Sequence record: MH051915
Direction: 5' to 3' (one strand)
Length of the DNA: 64,000 bases
Source: Enterobacteria phage vB_EcoM_IME339
Shown: positions 17,608-29,599 of the stretch, one piece after another
How positions within the stretch are numbered: the stretch's first letter is position 1
Layout: every line of letters begins with the position of its first letter
Notes under the pieces: generated by a model
The model's input: the letters and a program-made list of their open reading frames with translations, nothing else
What the model was told of the DNA's origin: nothing
Database searches by the model: none
Made by a program: the position numbers and the translations under genes

Positions 17608-19415
17608 TATGCAATCCTTATCCAACGATAAACTGTAATATATGGTTGAATGTTAGTTATTGATGTTGGCGGAGTATGAGTAGAGTTAGTAGATGCTTTA
17701 GCTTCACGGTATTTCGTGTAAACTGGACCGGATTCATCTGGGTCGTATTGACATCCACCAACAATGACTGATCCATTTTCATCAACTATTAGAACTTCTT
17801 CATCTGTCTCAGTTGCAGGAAGATTAGCATTTTCCAATGTAACAGAAGTAGAACCGCCTGTTCCACCCGCAGTATGTGAAGGATTTCCACCCGAATCTAA
17901 ATCGTTGTTATTTAGAGCAAAGTTAGGGTCCGAAATATCTTCATTCCATCCAACTAAAACTTTTCCTTGCCCAAATAATTTCCATGAGCCGAATCCCATA
18001 TATGTAACAGGGTTATTTGGATTAACAGCGTTTTCATATATAGTTCCAATAGGATAAATCGTATCAAAGATATTTGAAACAGCATTAAATTCGCGTTGAT
18101 AGGATTGAACTGCTTCTACATTTGGCCAACCAATTTTATCGAAGTCTGTTAAATTTACATCACCAGAAATATCTACTCCTGGTCCTTGCGATACATAGAG
18201 ATTATCAGTTTCATCGATAATCTCATCTTTTGTTAATAATGTACCTAAATCATTATTAAACCAGGTGATATTGATAATGTCACCATGCTCAAATACTCTA
18301 TCGAAATGTAAAATTTCCGGTATGCCGTTTTCGTCAGTTTCAACTGAATAGTCGGTATGAGACTGTTCCCAAGTTCCACCTAAAACAGAGCATTCTACTT
18401 CATCGTCTGAGTCGGCACCAACGCAATGAAATAATGGCATTCCAACTGTGCCAGCCAATTCCTGCAAAATTCCATTAAAACGAACCTCAAGAGAATTAGG
18501 ATTAATAGGTTCACCTGGAATTAATCCAAAAGCTGAAAATGGAATTGATTTCATTGTTGATAAATCAGTAACGTAAATGCTTCCTTCTAAAGAAGTTTTT
18601 GACGTTAATTTTGAATCTAACAGTCTAATTTGGCGTCTTGTATATGAACTTCTCCATTGTGATACACCATCCATAAATGTTTCAATTTGAACAGTGTCAC
18701 CAATATTACAAGGCTGTCTTAATCGAATATTAAATCCATCAAGAGGAACTAATTCGCCTTCATTTTCGCCCGGAGAGCCAAAATCACTGTTTTCACTAAA
18801 TACATCGCCGTAATACAATTCGTTACCACGATGTTTTACTCTGATGTTATTTACATTATAACTAGTTCCACGGAAAACATCTAAAAAGTCTGTTTGTCCT
18901 TGGACTTCGACTAAAAATTCTTTACGAGCTACATTACTAATGTCTGAACTGGTAATTTTGTCAATTTGCTTATTTTTGACATATTCCCAACGTCCTGGGG
19001 CGCAATACACTAATTCCAAATCACTGAATTGAACATTAATTTCAACCGGTACTGCAGACCCTTTAATCGTATCACCGGAAGCAGCTACTAGTGTAACTGG
19101 GTTGACGTTCCATGTAGCAAATACGTCTCTAGCTCTAATTACCTTGTTGTAATCATTGACAGTTCCCTTTGGAAGATTTATAGTTACTCTTCCAGAAGAG
19201 GTATTAATAGCGTATGATTTTCCCCATTCAGCTTTTAATGTTTGACCAGATGAAGCATCATAAGTTTTCCAGGCACCGGCTGAATATGGAACATCTCCAT
19301 CACCAAGCTCGTAATAAAGCTCATCAAAGTTTTCATTTATTTTTATACCACCTTTACGCAGGTAGTCACCGGTACCATCATCAACAACATTACCGATATT
19401 AATATTTTGTTTCAT
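17607..19415 (-). CDS. 10: Baseplate wedge protein gp10
   Basis: 602 aa; T4 order. Confidence 0.88.
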   Translation of the reverse strand: MKQNINIGNVVDDGTGDYLRKGGIKINENFDELYYELGDGDVPYSAGAWKTYDASSGQTLKAEWGKSYAINTSSGRVTINLPKGTVNDYNKVIRARDVFATWNVNPVTLVAASGDTIKGSAVPVEINVQFSDLELVYCAPGRWEYVKNKQIDKITSSDISNVARKEFLVEVQGQTDFLDVFRGTSYNVNNIRVKHRGNELYYGDVFSENSDFGSPGENEGELVPLDGFNIRLRQPCNIGDTVQIETFMDGVSQWRSSYTRRQIRLLDSKLTSKTSLEGSIYVTDLSTMKSIPFSAFGLIPGEPINPNSLEVRFNGILQELAGTVGMPLFHCVGADSDDEVECSVLGGTWEQSHTDYSVETDENGIPEILHFDRVFEHGDIINITWFNNDLGTLLTKDEIIDETDNLYVSQGPGVDISGDVNLTDFDKIGWPNVEAVQSYQREFNAVSNIFDTIYPIGTIYENAVNPNNPVTYMGFGSWKLFGQGKVLVGWNEDISDPNFALNNNDLDSGGNPSHTAGGTGGSTSVTLENANLPATETDEEVLIVDENGSVIVGGCQYDPDESGPVYTKYREAKASTNSTHTPPTSITNIQPYITVYRWIRIA

Positions 19416-20281
19416 TATTGAGCCACCCCGATTTTCTGCGTAGCGATAACTTTAACTGCTGCTCTCATACCGACAGTTGAAGAACTTATAGTCGCCGTTA
19501 CATAATTTTCTTTAATACTAAATGCAATATTAGCGATTTCGTCTTCTTCGGTTTCATTCCCAACTCGCATGACAGCATATTCAGAAGAAATGACCGCTGA
19601 ATTAACAGTATCCACAAGAATATTTATTTCTGCCGTTTTAATTTTTCTTCCATCTACCGATTGACATGTAACTAATAATTTAGCCATGTTATATTCAGTA
19701 CGATGAAATAGTGGAATATCAACTGATCCGGATGTAGAAATATTCCATGTACCTTCAGCTGGTGATTCCTTTTGTCCAAACATACTTTCAATAGAATAAT
19801 TCCAAACCGATGTAGAATTATCAGATGAAATACAGCGTAAAGTTACTTTACTATATGGGCTAGTTACTACTAAATTACCTGAAACGCCTTTAATTGAATC
19901 AATAGCTTGAATCGTTAAAGGATTAGTAACTGATATTGATCCATTTGAGTTAATAAATTCAACGCAGTCGCCAAGTTCGCCTCTTTCAATGATAACTTTA
20001 ACACCTACGGTAGAGGTATCAATATCATGTCTAGTGCCAACTTTTACTGGAGTTGCGTACTCTGCAATAGAGTGTTTTTGATAATATCCAGTAGCATGGA
20101 TAATTTGACCATCTGCTCCAGTGCCATTTGCTACTGCCATTTTACGTTGATCGCCAAACGCATTATAAATTGCGTTAAAATCACTATTAATTTTATTACC
20201 ACCGTCGAATAAGATATCACCAGTAGAAGCGTTACCAATTTCGCCGGTATCAATCAATTTCTTTGGTTCTTGAATGAACAT
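19415..20281 (-). CDS. 9: Baseplate wedge protein gp9 (long tail fibre socket)
   Basis: 288 aa; T4 order; late promoter upstream. Confidence 0.85.
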   Translation of the reverse strand: MFIQEPKKLIDTGEIGNASTGDILFDGGNKINSDFNAIYNAFGDQRKMAVANGTGADGQIIHATGYYQKHSIAEYATPVKVGTRHDIDTSTVGVKVIIERGELGDCVEFINSNGSISVTNPLTIQAIDSIKGVSGNLVVTSPYSKVTLRCISSDNSTSVWNYSIESMFGQKESPAEGTWNISTSGSVDIPLFHRTEYNMAKLLVTCQSVDGRKIKTAEINILVDTVNSAVISSEYAVMRVGNETEEDEIANIAFSIKENYVTATISSSTVGMRAAVKVIATQKIGVAQ

Positions 20282-20305
20282 AGCGGTTTCCTTATGAGTT
20301 TATAG

Positions 20306-20313
20306 TATTTATA
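20306..20313 (-). promoter_or_regulatory. Late promoter TATAAATA (minus strand) for gene 9
   Basis: Plus-strand TATTTATA between the gene 8 stop and gene 9 start. Confidence 0.65.
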
Positions 20314-20340
20314 AAGAAAAAGGGAGCCCATGGGCTCCCT
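20313..20340 (-). terminator. Rho-independent terminator downstream of gene 8
   Basis: Palindrome AGGGAGCCCATGGGCTCCCT followed on the minus strand by TTTTTCTTT. Confidence 0.7.
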
Positions 20341-20344
20341 TAAG

Positions 20345-21349
20345 TTAAAATGTAAACAGAATATTGATTTCTTCTGTTTGATCCATTGCCATGATAATAG
20401 GTGGCCTATTTTCCATATAAATCATTTCGCCCGAATGCCTCATTAAATCTTCCGGATCATAATAATCCTTTTCAGCTTTAACATTTGGGTCATTTGGATG
20501 AGCTTTAGCTTCAAGAGGATTCGTGATTATTGATATTTGCCTAAATCCTTTATTTCCCGGTAGTGCAGCTTCAGGAAAATAAACTGAATCTAAATATGCT
20601 TTAAAACGGATAGTATTTGCCTTAACGCGGTAAATTAATCCAAAATCATCTTGTTGCCATGTGAGATTATCTTCATATCCCCATCTAGTCGGGTCTTCTT
20701 TTAATTCCTCAGGCCAAGGAACCACGATATATTCATTCGTGCATCTATTTATAGATACATCAGGCGGAATCTCAAAAAGATATTCCCAAACATACCCGTC
20801 TCCAGGCTCGATTGTTCCTTCCGCGTCTCCTCGACCTTCAGGAGGAGTCATTGACCTAACAGAAGGAGTCCATTTTCCACCTAACTTAAGGCATTCATCC
20901 TTATTAGTTAAAGACTCAATTGAACACATTCCTGTGTCAGGAACATCTAAACAACGATATACTAACCAGCCTGCGCCTGATTCAGTAGCATTGTAAGGAG
21001 CTGAGTTACACACTACAATATCGTTAATTCTAAATGTGTATGGATCCGGATATCTAGTATCTCCCCAATCTCGACGAGGAATAACTGCATCAAGCATAGA
21101 TGGAAGAACCTTTACAGTTCCCATCATATGAGTCCACATGTCAGTTACACCTAATACAGAATCAGTTGGATAAGGTGGAGCAAAGCCCACCTCATTTTCA
21201 TTTGATGACCATGGTTCTGATCTTCCAAATGTGATAAAGATAGTGTTTTTATCCGGACCACTTCCAATTGAATTATAAAAATTCAACATTTTTTCTGTTC
21301 TAAATTTTGAAGTAACTATCGCACGATAGATAACACTTGAATCATTCAT
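20345..21349 (-). CDS. 8: Baseplate wedge protein gp8
   Basis: 334 aa; T4 order. Confidence 0.85.
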   Translation of the reverse strand: MNDSSVIYRAIVTSKFRTEKMLNFYNSIGSGPDKNTIFITFGRSEPWSSNENEVGFAPPYPTDSVLGVTDMWTHMMGTVKVLPSMLDAVIPRRDWGDTRYPDPYTFRINDIVVCNSAPYNATESGAGWLVYRCLDVPDTGMCSIESLTNKDECLKLGGKWTPSVRSMTPPEGRGDAEGTIEPGDGYVWEYLFEIPPDVSINRCTNEYIVVPWPEELKEDPTRWGYEDNLTWQQDDFGLIYRVKANTIRFKAYLDSVYFPEAALPGNKGFRQISIITNPLEAKAHPNDPNVKAEKDYYDPEDLMRHSGEMIYMENRPPIIMAMDQTEEINILFTF

Positions 21350-24300
21350 CTATTTTAACCTGTGTTGGATTTTCAGGGTCTCTTGGATTTCCTATATTAT
21401 CTTTTAGACGTTTATTAACTAAATCCCTAAATTGTGCAAATGTTGTTCCAGATGCATCGAATAAAGGACTCATTAATTTACGTCGTTCAGACGGCAATTG
21501 ACCTTGAAATATTGAATTGTTATTTTCAGCATTATAGTCATCAGGAAGAGGATATTCTACACCAGCCATTGGGCCAGGCTCGTAAATTGCTTCGCCTGTT
21601 ACCGAATCATGCTCAATTTCACCAGTTGGAGTTAATTTAGCTACTCTATCAGCATATTCAGTAGGCAATCCAGAATCCCATTTGTAGTTTTTGTATTTAT
21701 TAATTATAGTCTCTGTGTGTTTAAGAGTTAAACCAACATTAATAAACATTGTTAAAAGAGTAATTGCTATAAATCCAAATCCTACTGGATGAACAAAACG
21801 AATAACGTCAGATTTCCAGCGGGAAGAAGGTAAATTGGATTTAATTTTCATTACATAATATGATCTACTTCTATTAATATAGTCTATATTATTTTGAAGC
21901 AAATCCTTTCCTTTAACCCCGCGAATAATTTCGCCTTCGAAACTAGGGAGTCTTTCTGCTTTAACTTCTTGACCGGCAATTAATCTTCCTAAAAGATTAT
22001 GAATAGTTACAGTCCATTGCAATTTACCATTAGAATAGCTTCTTTCTATATAAGTAACATTACATCTTCCTGTAGCGGTATAAATCGTTTGTCCTACTAA
22101 GTCTTCGGTCAAAGAATCAGATTGAACGATTATATCATATTCAGTACCAGCCCCAGATTCAATTTCAATTTCAACTTCTTCATTATAAAGAACTTTAAAA
22201 AGAAATTTGTATGATGCTTCAATTCCTTTAGTGGAATAAAAATCATAGCTACGTGATTCAAAAAATCTTGCAACAGCATCGCGTTTGTCAGCATTTAAAT
22301 AAATGTTTCTTTTATATATCTCTGACCACAAATATTCCCACGCATGCTCTTCTCGTGGATATTTGTTACGAATTAAATTTCGTAAATTGTTATACTGAGT
22401 TCCATATCCATCAGAGAGATACTGAATATATGCTTCACAAAATGCCTCAAAATTCGAATCCTGTAACAAATAAGAATCAGGCATCATTGTGCCAATCAAT
22501 GGTCTTAAATCAGGGTCAGCTAATCCACGCTCTTCTTCGGGCGACCAAGGAGTTTCATGCTCTTGGTTTTGTAAAAATGCTTTTAAAAATACTTCAGTTG
22601 GCTTCCAAATAATTTCGACAGTGTCTCTAACACGATAGTTAAAATCATAGTAAGAAATTATTTCACCAGAAGCTTTATAGAAAAGCATCCCAGATGCATA
22701 TTTTTTAAATCCAGTGAATTTAACATTTGGCATTACTATAGTGCAATCGCCATCGTCCCAATATTCATGAACTAATCTATCTGGTGATGTTTCCGGAATA
22801 TTTTCTATAACTTTAATGTATTTTAAATCAGCATAAACTACTACAACCCTATCAGAGTTGTTTATCCAACAACGTGTGTTAGATTTTTTAGACCAGTTAA
22901 AGAATGGTTCTGCATAGTATTTCATCGGCTGAGGAGTAAAAGTTTCCCAATCAGACTTTTCATCTGCTATAAATGCCATCATATGATAATGCTTATCAGC
23001 TAACCATTCACGAGGAAATTCATATTTAACAGCACCGATTAACTGATATTTTGCTGCAGTTTCAGGGTCATTAACAACATTATCACTTAAAAATTTAAAA
23101 TTACTCGATGATAGAGAAACTAATTTACCATCAGTTGACATATTCGCATACCCTGGTTGAATACGTCTTCTTTCTTCTTCAGTGTTGCCAAAAACTCTTT
23201 TCCATGTTTTTGTGTCATGATTTAAAACATATATTCCTTTATCAGCAGAATCAATTATTTTTGATGTTCTAGGATTAGCATTTAATGTTTCAACTTCACC
23301 AATAATAAGAGCAAAAACTTTATCACCGACAGAATCCATTTTATAGCATACTGCTTTAGGATTTCCAGTTATAGTCATAGTATCAGGTTCAAAAAGCCTT
23401 TCCGAATATGTCGGAGATAATGGATCAGAATCTATAGGTGCATTACTCGTTTTTATGTATCTAACTTTATCTCTGGCGACAACGTAAATGTAATCATCGG
23501 TGCAAGTAATAGCTTCTGCAATACGGTATACATTAGCTGGTAAAGTCGCGTAAGTGGCAAAAATTTCTACATCAAATCCTAGATGTAATTGGTCACCGAG
23601 TTTAGCGAATGTTATATCCTGAGAACTAAATCTGACATCATCAGCTGACCATCTAACATCAGTCGATTTGCGGCCATAGAAAATCTTGTCGTATCCTAGA
23701 ACGTATGTTGTGTTCGCAGATTGGTAATATACTGTCTTAGATAAAGGATATCCTACGCGGTCATTGAAGAGCTTTACAGCTTTCCAGGTTTGTCCTTTAT
23801 CATTGGATACTTTAACTACAGGTTGATAACGCTCAAAAAGATATAGAATCCCTTCTGATTCCATCAAATAAACTCGGTTAATATCCTTACATACTTGCTG
23901 AATAGAACCTTGTATTTCATGATACTCATTTTCACCAATAATAAAATTACTTATTGATGAAACGTCAACATATGATGGGCTGAACTGAAATGATTCATTC
24001 ATTAATGCAGCCATTATAGTGTCATTATTAAAATTGACATAATCAGAATTATTAAGAGTAAATTTTTCCTGAATGAATTTATTGGCTAATTGCATTTCAA
24101 TCATGTTTTGAAATGTATAAGCATTTGTAGCAAAAGTTTCAAACTCTTCGGTATAAATCCAATCAGATTGCTCAAAATCTTGCGCAGCTGTAGCTACTCT
24201 AATAACGTATGATGTCAATGGGTCAGCATCATCAAAAAAGAAGCTGTTATTTGCAGTATATCCTAAGTTAATCCATCTGTATTGATTACTCGGGAGATTT

Positions 24301-24440
24301 TCCCCCGAGTCTGTTTTTGTCTCAGCGATTTCTACAAAATAGTAGAAATTAGCACCAACGTCATCCCAGCGTACTTGCACCTGATTTGCGGATAACTTGG
24401 AAATTCTGAGACTAGTGACTGAAGGTGCTTTTACTGTCAT
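21342..24440 (-). CDS. 7: Baseplate wedge protein gp7
   Basis: 1032 aa; T4 order and length. Confidence 0.88.
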   Translation of the reverse strand: MTVKAPSVTSLRISKLSANQVQVRWDDVGANFYYFVEIAETKTDSGENLPSNQYRWINLGYTANNSFFFDDADPLTSYVIRVATAAQDFEQSDWIYTEEFETFATNAYTFQNMIEMQLANKFIQEKFTLNNSDYVNFNNDTIMAALMNESFQFSPSYVDVSSISNFIIGENEYHEIQGSIQQVCKDINRVYLMESEGILYLFERYQPVVKVSNDKGQTWKAVKLFNDRVGYPLSKTVYYQSANTTYVLGYDKIFYGRKSTDVRWSADDVRFSSQDITFAKLGDQLHLGFDVEIFATYATLPANVYRIAEAITCTDDYIYVVARDKVRYIKTSNAPIDSDPLSPTYSERLFEPDTMTITGNPKAVCYKMDSVGDKVFALIIGEVETLNANPRTSKIIDSADKGIYVLNHDTKTWKRVFGNTEEERRRIQPGYANMSTDGKLVSLSSSNFKFLSDNVVNDPETAAKYQLIGAVKYEFPREWLADKHYHMMAFIADEKSDWETFTPQPMKYYAEPFFNWSKKSNTRCWINNSDRVVVVYADLKYIKVIENIPETSPDRLVHEYWDDGDCTIVMPNVKFTGFKKYASGMLFYKASGEIISYYDFNYRVRDTVEIIWKPTEVFLKAFLQNQEHETPWSPEEERGLADPDLRPLIGTMMPDSYLLQDSNFEAFCEAYIQYLSDGYGTQYNNLRNLIRNKYPREEHAWEYLWSEIYKRNIYLNADKRDAVARFFESRSYDFYSTKGIEASYKFLFKVLYNEEVEIEIESGAGTEYDIIVQSDSLTEDLVGQTIYTATGRCNVTYIERSYSNGKLQWTVTIHNLLGRLIAGQEVKAERLPSFEGEIIRGVKGKDLLQNNIDYINRSRSYYVMKIKSNLPSSRWKSDVIRFVHPVGFGFIAITLLTMFINVGLTLKHTETIINKYKNYKWDSGLPTEYADRVAKLTPTGEIEHDSVTGEAIYEPGPMAGVEYPLPDDYNAENNNSIFQGQLPSERRKLMSPLFDASGTTFAQFRDLVNKRLKDNIGNPRDPENPTQVKIDE

Positions 24441-26419
24441 TGTGATATAGGCTCCAAATCGATAGTTAAGTATTGTGGACGTAAGTCATTTTCAAATACA
24501 ATCAGTGAACCATCGCGAGTAAAGATAACATCATCGGTTGGGTCAGAATATAATTCAATAGTCTGAACTTCAAATTTTTCAGATGTTAAATTAATTTTAG
24601 CGATATTCCAATAAATCACATCAGCTGGATAATTTATTTCGCCGATAACATAGTATTTGTCGCGTCCATCAGAATTTGCTAATTTGTTAAAATCGTTGCC
24701 TGTATATGGCTGAATGTTTTCATTTTCTGTAACATCGCCAGAAGCAAATGGACCAATAATAACTTTACCAATTCCTTTAGAATCTCGGTCTGTTGATACT
24801 ATACGAACGTCATATAATACATCTTCTTCTAAACCAGTATCAGGATTTACAACCTTTCGTCCAGAATTAAATGAAAACGTATTAGATTCCATAGAACGAT
24901 CTTTTATTTGATTATTGTATTTAATACCTGCTTCAGGCGTTTTATAGAAGTTTTGTACTTCACGTACTATTTGAATTGTCGCGGATGAGCCAATGATAGA
25001 ATGATCTGCATCATCTACATATGTCAACATCTTAGATTTAGCGAAAGATGAGTTAAAAATTTCTACATCTTCGGTATAATAACGATCAATTTTATCAATT
25101 ATTTGACCTTCGAGCCACTGCTCAGATTCTTGCAGCTTATTTAAAGCATATGTGACTTTTAAATTAGTCTTAATAAAAAGATAATTAGGAGAAATAATTG
25201 ATGGCGTAATAGGAGCTAAATTATAGTCTTTGAGATAATTTTTAATATCTTCGCGTTGTACAGTAGTTAAATACAGCCCTGATTTAGGTTTAGCAGCAAT
25301 AAATGCATAACCAGGTTTAGTAGAATCAGTGAAAGTCTGAACTGCTTGAATAATAGAACCAAATCTCTCTGAAACGAATGTATCATAGTCAGTTGCAGTT
25401 ACGCAGCGTTGCTGGGTTTCGCGTTTAATAGTACCCAATTCGCGAATACGTTCAATATCTTCTGGATCGCCGCCGCCATCTGCCCCAACAAAATCTGGGT
25501 CATCGTTTGGGTTTTCATTAATATTGATGACAGTTATATTTGTTAATGTATCTGCGTATGAAAATCCGACTGCGCCATTCGCATCTGCACCGTTAGTACT
25601 GATGTACTCAATAACAATCGTAGAGTTCTGAGTAGGTTTAAGACCTCCAATATAATTAGCGGTCAATGCTCCTTCTGCCGCGTTAACAGAAATCTCACCT
25701 TCACCAAAATAAAATTCAGTATTTCCATCAATAGTTTCACGCATGTAGTAAATTGTTGATGTAGAACCAGCATGAACCATTGACTTTCTTGTCCAGTTAA
25801 TCCATTCTGCTCCATCAACGTATAGTTTAACTTGGTTTCTATCTATATTTTTGTCATAAATGATAATAGGTGTTAATTTATCATAAATGATTTCAGTTCT
25901 TACTATACGTCCCTGAGCCAATTTTAAACGTGGAAAATATTGGTTATTTTTATCACGAATAGCAATAACATCTTCGGTAGATACAAAGTTATAAGGATTA
26001 ACAGAAGTATCCTTTGCATATGCTAAAAAGCGAGTACCACGAGGAATAGTAATGTAATTTCTATTCAATGCATCTGTACAAGTTAGCATAATTTCAGTTT
26101 GAGCAGCCGATTTTGAAGTAGGTAAATATCCATTGTCTTGCGCAGCTTGAACTACTGAACTACGTAAGTTAGCAGTACGCATAAAGCTTTCATACAAGGC
26201 AGCATTACCAAACTGCTGAATGTACAATGTATTATAAGCCAAAAGGTCGCATAGAACGTTTAATCTCGAGCCTTCAAAATCATAATCCAAAAATTCATTT
26301 TGACCATTAAGCCATTCAATGAGGTTTTGTTTTATTTCAGCAAATGTACCCCCGACGAATATCTCGGGAATAGCATTTGCTGTTCTTGTTAATTGATAAT
26401 TTACAGGGGTATTTGCCAT
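24437..26419 (-). CDS. 6: Baseplate wedge protein gp6
   Basis: 660 aa; T4 order and length. Confidence 0.88.
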   Translation of the reverse strand: MANTPVNYQLTRTANAIPEIFVGGTFAEIKQNLIEWLNGQNEFLDYDFEGSRLNVLCDLLAYNTLYIQQFGNAALYESFMRTANLRSSVVQAAQDNGYLPTSKSAAQTEIMLTCTDALNRNYITIPRGTRFLAYAKDTSVNPYNFVSTEDVIAIRDKNNQYFPRLKLAQGRIVRTEIIYDKLTPIIIYDKNIDRNQVKLYVDGAEWINWTRKSMVHAGSTSTIYYMRETIDGNTEFYFGEGEISVNAAEGALTANYIGGLKPTQNSTIVIEYISTNGADANGAVGFSYADTLTNITVININENPNDDPDFVGADGGGDPEDIERIRELGTIKRETQQRCVTATDYDTFVSERFGSIIQAVQTFTDSTKPGYAFIAAKPKSGLYLTTVQREDIKNYLKDYNLAPITPSIISPNYLFIKTNLKVTYALNKLQESEQWLEGQIIDKIDRYYTEDVEIFNSSFAKSKMLTYVDDADHSIIGSSATIQIVREVQNFYKTPEAGIKYNNQIKDRSMESNTFSFNSGRKVVNPDTGLEEDVLYDVRIVSTDRDSKGIGKVIIGPFASGDVTENENIQPYTGNDFNKLANSDGRDKYYVIGEINYPADVIYWNIAKINLTSEKFEVQTIELYSDPTDDVIFTRDGSLIVFENDLRPQYLTIDLEPISQ

Positions 26420-26427
26420 TTTAAATC

Positions 26428-26721
26428 CTATTTAATGAATACTTTAGATGATGCCTGAGCCACAGTATCACCGCATGATATTGGATCAGCCATTTGAACA
26501 GCTTTCTTTCCAGTGACATATACCTTAGAAGTTCTAGGTTGTGTCACTCCGCCATGTGTTTCATATGGCTTTTTAATTTCTGTATGTTCTGTAATTGGAT
26601 CACCTGCTACGAGAACAGCAATTCCTCCAGTGAATACTTTACTTTGTGTGGCATTCACAACTGTTGGAGGCCATGCTTCATGGCCAGCAGTAACACACTT
26701 ATCGTAACTTAATCCTGACAT
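26428..26721 (-). CDS. 5.4: Baseplate spike tip protein gp5.4 (PAAR-repeat)
   Basis: 97 aa; PAAR-like sequence; lies between 5/5.1 and 6. Confidence 0.8.
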
Positions 26722-27279
26722 TTATGGCCTCTCATACACATAGCTTCTCAATTTATTAGCCCAACGACTCCAATTTCCAACTATAGTTTTTGTATAATTT
26801 TTAACAAGAGTTTTTCTTATTGGAGCTGGAGGATTCGTTGGTTCAGTAGTATCAGAAGATGACCTAGAATTACTGCCAGAACCTCCAGATTCACTTTGTT
26901 CTTGGTAGTCATATATTAATGTTACTTCGTAAGTGAATGTCTTCTGGAGGTTTTGAGGAGCTTTCCATAGATATAACTGAGTATTAGAATCAGTTGGAAG
27001 GTCTTCCCATGAAGCAGCAGTTTTAAATTCATTATCTAAACGATATTTCAACGCATCATTTCCAAATCCAAATACAGATTCATACGTTCCATATAAACGA
27101 TTTTCTTCTACTAAAACCCCAGGAGTTTCTTCGTAACTAGTTATATTTATAGATACTAACGTTTCACCTGTTTCTAATTGAGCGGTAAAGGTGACGTCGA
27201 TAGAAGAACCTTCCATGGATTCTCCTAAATCAGCGCTCATTGGAAGTATATTAGCCAATGTCAATCCTCGATCCATCAA
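26722..27279 (-). CDS. Hypothetical protein, gene 5.1-like by position
   Basis: 185 aa ORF between gene 5 and 5.4, overlapping the gene 5 stop; product unknown. Confidence 0.6.
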
Positions 27280-28978
27280 TTGTGTATTGACCAGATGAAA
27301 TAGAACTCATAGATGCCATTTTTTCTGTCCAATCGCCACCAACGTCCCAATCAACTGTACCAGCAACTTTCCAAGAAAGATTTCCATTTACTGTATTAGT
27401 CTGATTTCCTTCAACTAAAGTGGTAGCATCTCCTTTAACTGTAATGTCAGCATTACCTTCAACTACAATAGTAACATTACCTTTGACTAGGATAGTTCCA
27501 TTACCTTCAACTGTCTTAGTTTCATCGCCACGCACAAATATTGTATTGCTTCCATCTATTTGGTGGAGACGATTATCCATGTTGTAATAAATTTCTGACC
27601 CACCGACGTTAGTCTTTTTATCGCCAGCTACCAAAAAATTACCATCAGCATTTGTTATATCATACAAATTATCAACAGTTTTTCTTGTTCTTCTTCCTGA
27701 TGGTGATACTTCCTCATACGTTCCAGTCGGATGAACTAATCTGTATCGTTCTTGTCCCGGGGTATCGTCAAATTCCTGAATATGACCGCTTTCAGTTTCC
27801 ATTGTGTGAACATACGGATATTCACCTTTATATGAAGAAACAGGTTCTTTAAATAAAATTCTCGAATCATTCGGAATAGGAGGGTCAGCTGGATCAGAAG
27901 ACTTTGCTACAGTAGCAGCCATTGCTGACAAAGACCTAGCCGGTGTTTTCACTTCAATACCGTATGATTCCAAATTCCCTGTAAGAATAATCATGGTAAC
28001 ACGGGATGCACGGCCTTTTGTTTGTTGATACCACAATGAATCACGACCAGCTTTATATGCTTTTTCCCAATCTCCGGCTAACATAGCAGTTAACATTGTG
28101 TTAAATTTAGCTACACCGCCAACACCCATCTGAAATGCCATATTTTCTAATGCCATTTGACGAGAACGATTAACTGCCTGCCAAACTGGGCCAACTTTAG
28201 AATGTGATTTAATGTCGCGTTGCATATCAGCCAAATCACGTTCAAATAAAGTTACCGCTTCTTCCATTGTAATAGAACCTGGATTTCCGGTAATTTCACG
28301 ACCAACTTGTTTTGATAAAACTTTATTAATTTGAGTCATATCACGAACTGGCTGCTTCATGATAAGATGACCAATACCAATTGTCGGATATCCTTCAGTA
28401 TCCCAATAAACTTTTAGTCTTAATCCTTCATCACGGCGAAGCATTTCAGCCATTGACATATTTGGATTATCATCAGTTGGAATTTCTGATAGCGGTCTAT
28501 CATCGGGATTTATCGCAGTGTCTAGATTGCTATCTTGGATAATATTAGAAGACGAATCATATCCTACTTCTCCGCCTTGGTTTAATACGTTAGTATCATT
28601 TCCTAGACGTCTAGGATACTGTCCAGTTGGGTCAGAAAATCCTTCAAGTCTATTAGGCTTTTCGCGAACTATTCCGCCATATGTGCCAAGGACAATTCCG
28701 TTAGTTTTCCATTTGTCTAAAAAATGACCATAAACTCTAGTTCCTTCTACTGGCCCTGTAACAGAACCTCCAATTCCAGACATTGCTGCAGAAGTTATAG
28801 GTTGAATAACTGACATCCATGGCAATTTATCGGTTGGAATACCCATTACGTCGCCTTGTGCTCTTTGAGGTGGATGCAGACCAACCACACGAACACGAAC
28901 ACGACCTAATTTTAATGGATCCATTCTATCTTCAACAACACCAACAAACCAATTGAGGTTATTACTTATCATTTCCAT
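27251..28978 (-). CDS. 5: Baseplate hub / cell-puncturing device with tail lysozyme gp5
   Basis: 575 aa; MEMISNNLNWFVGVVEDRMDP N-terminus; internal lysozyme domain (DTEGYPTIGIGHL) resembling gene e product; C-terminal VxGxxxxx beta-helix repeats. Confidence 0.93.
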   Translation of the reverse strand: MEMISNNLNWFVGVVEDRMDPLKLGRVRVRVVGLHPPQRAQGDVMGIPTDKLPWMSVIQPITSAAMSGIGGSVTGPVEGTRVYGHFLDKWKTNGIVLGTYGGIVREKPNRLEGFSDPTGQYPRRLGNDTNVLNQGGEVGYDSSSNIIQDSNLDTAINPDDRPLSEIPTDDNPNMSMAEMLRRDEGLRLKVYWDTEGYPTIGIGHLIMKQPVRDMTQINKVLSKQVGREITGNPGSITMEEAVTLFERDLADMQRDIKSHSKVGPVWQAVNRSRQMALENMAFQMGVGGVAKFNTMLTAMLAGDWEKAYKAGRDSLWYQQTKGRASRVTMIILTGNLESYGIEVKTPARSLSAMAATVAKSSDPADPPIPNDSRILFKEPVSSYKGEYPYVHTMETESGHIQEFDDTPGQERYRLVHPTGTYEEVSPSGRRTRKTVDNLYDITNADGNFLVAGDKKTNVGGSEIYYNMDNRLHQIDGSNTIFVRGDETKTVEGNGTILVKGNVTIVVEGNADITVKGDATTLVEGNQTNTVNGNLSWKVAGTVDWDVGGDWTEKMASMSSISSGQYTIDGSRIDIG

Positions 28979-29552
28979 AAGATTTCTCCATTATACGTAT
29001 AAGGTCGTTCATAAATGAATTGATGTCTGATTTTGCTATTATTTTTATTTGACGAAGTTTTTCATTTTCAAGAACAGCAGCTTCATACGTATCGACCGCA
29101 GCAAGTGCTCCTTCATATTGAGGATATTTTCTAGCTTTATCGCCTTTGTCATACCAAACATATGGATTATCATCATATGATACTAAATTATAAAATTTTT
29201 CACCGTTTTCATTCACATGATATACTATTTGGTCTCCACCTACGTTTTTGTATTTTTGTATAGATGCTTGATAAGCAGCTTCTTGCGAAGTAATCCATCC
29301 ATAATACGGATCATAATTATCATTACACATCAATAAAACCCAATACAACTGCGGATTTCCATATATAGCATTTGCTAATTCTTCAGGGCGTGGTGAACCT
29401 TTAATATAATAAGTACGTAAGCGGTATCCCGCAAGAGCACGTTTGAAATAGTCTTTATAGTTTCTAAAAATATCTGTCATAGGAATAGTCGGCGCGTTTT
29501 TATTCACCGTTTTGGCCGCATATTCAATCGGATCAAAAAATGTAAAGAGCAT
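28962..29552 (-). CDS. 53: Baseplate wedge protein gp53
   Basis: 196 aa; first gene of the minus-strand late block, divergent from gene 4. Confidence 0.85.
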   Translation of the reverse strand: MLFTFFDPIEYAAKTVNKNAPTIPMTDIFRNYKDYFKRALAGYRLRTYYIKGSPRPEELANAIYGNPQLYWVLLMCNDNYDPYYGWITSQEAAYQASIQKYKNVGGDQIVYHVNENGEKFYNLVSYDDNPYVWYDKGDKARKYPQYEGALAAVDTYEAAVLENEKLRQIKIIAKSDINSFMNDLIRIMEKSYGNDK

Positions 29553-29565
29553 GGGCCCTCCTGTT

Positions 29566-29573
29566 TATAAATA
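29566..29573 (+). promoter_or_regulatory. Late promoter TATAAATA for gene 4
   Basis: Exact TATAAATA 27 nt upstream of ATG 29600. Confidence 0.65.
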
Positions 29574-29580
29574 TATTATC

Positions 29581-29588
29581 TATTTATA
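29581..29588 (-). promoter_or_regulatory. Late promoter TATAAATA (minus strand) for gene 53
   Basis: Plus-strand TATTTATA ~30 nt upstream of the gene 53 start; divergent with the gene 4 promoter. Confidence 0.65.
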
Positions 29589-29599
29589 AGGAGAATCCA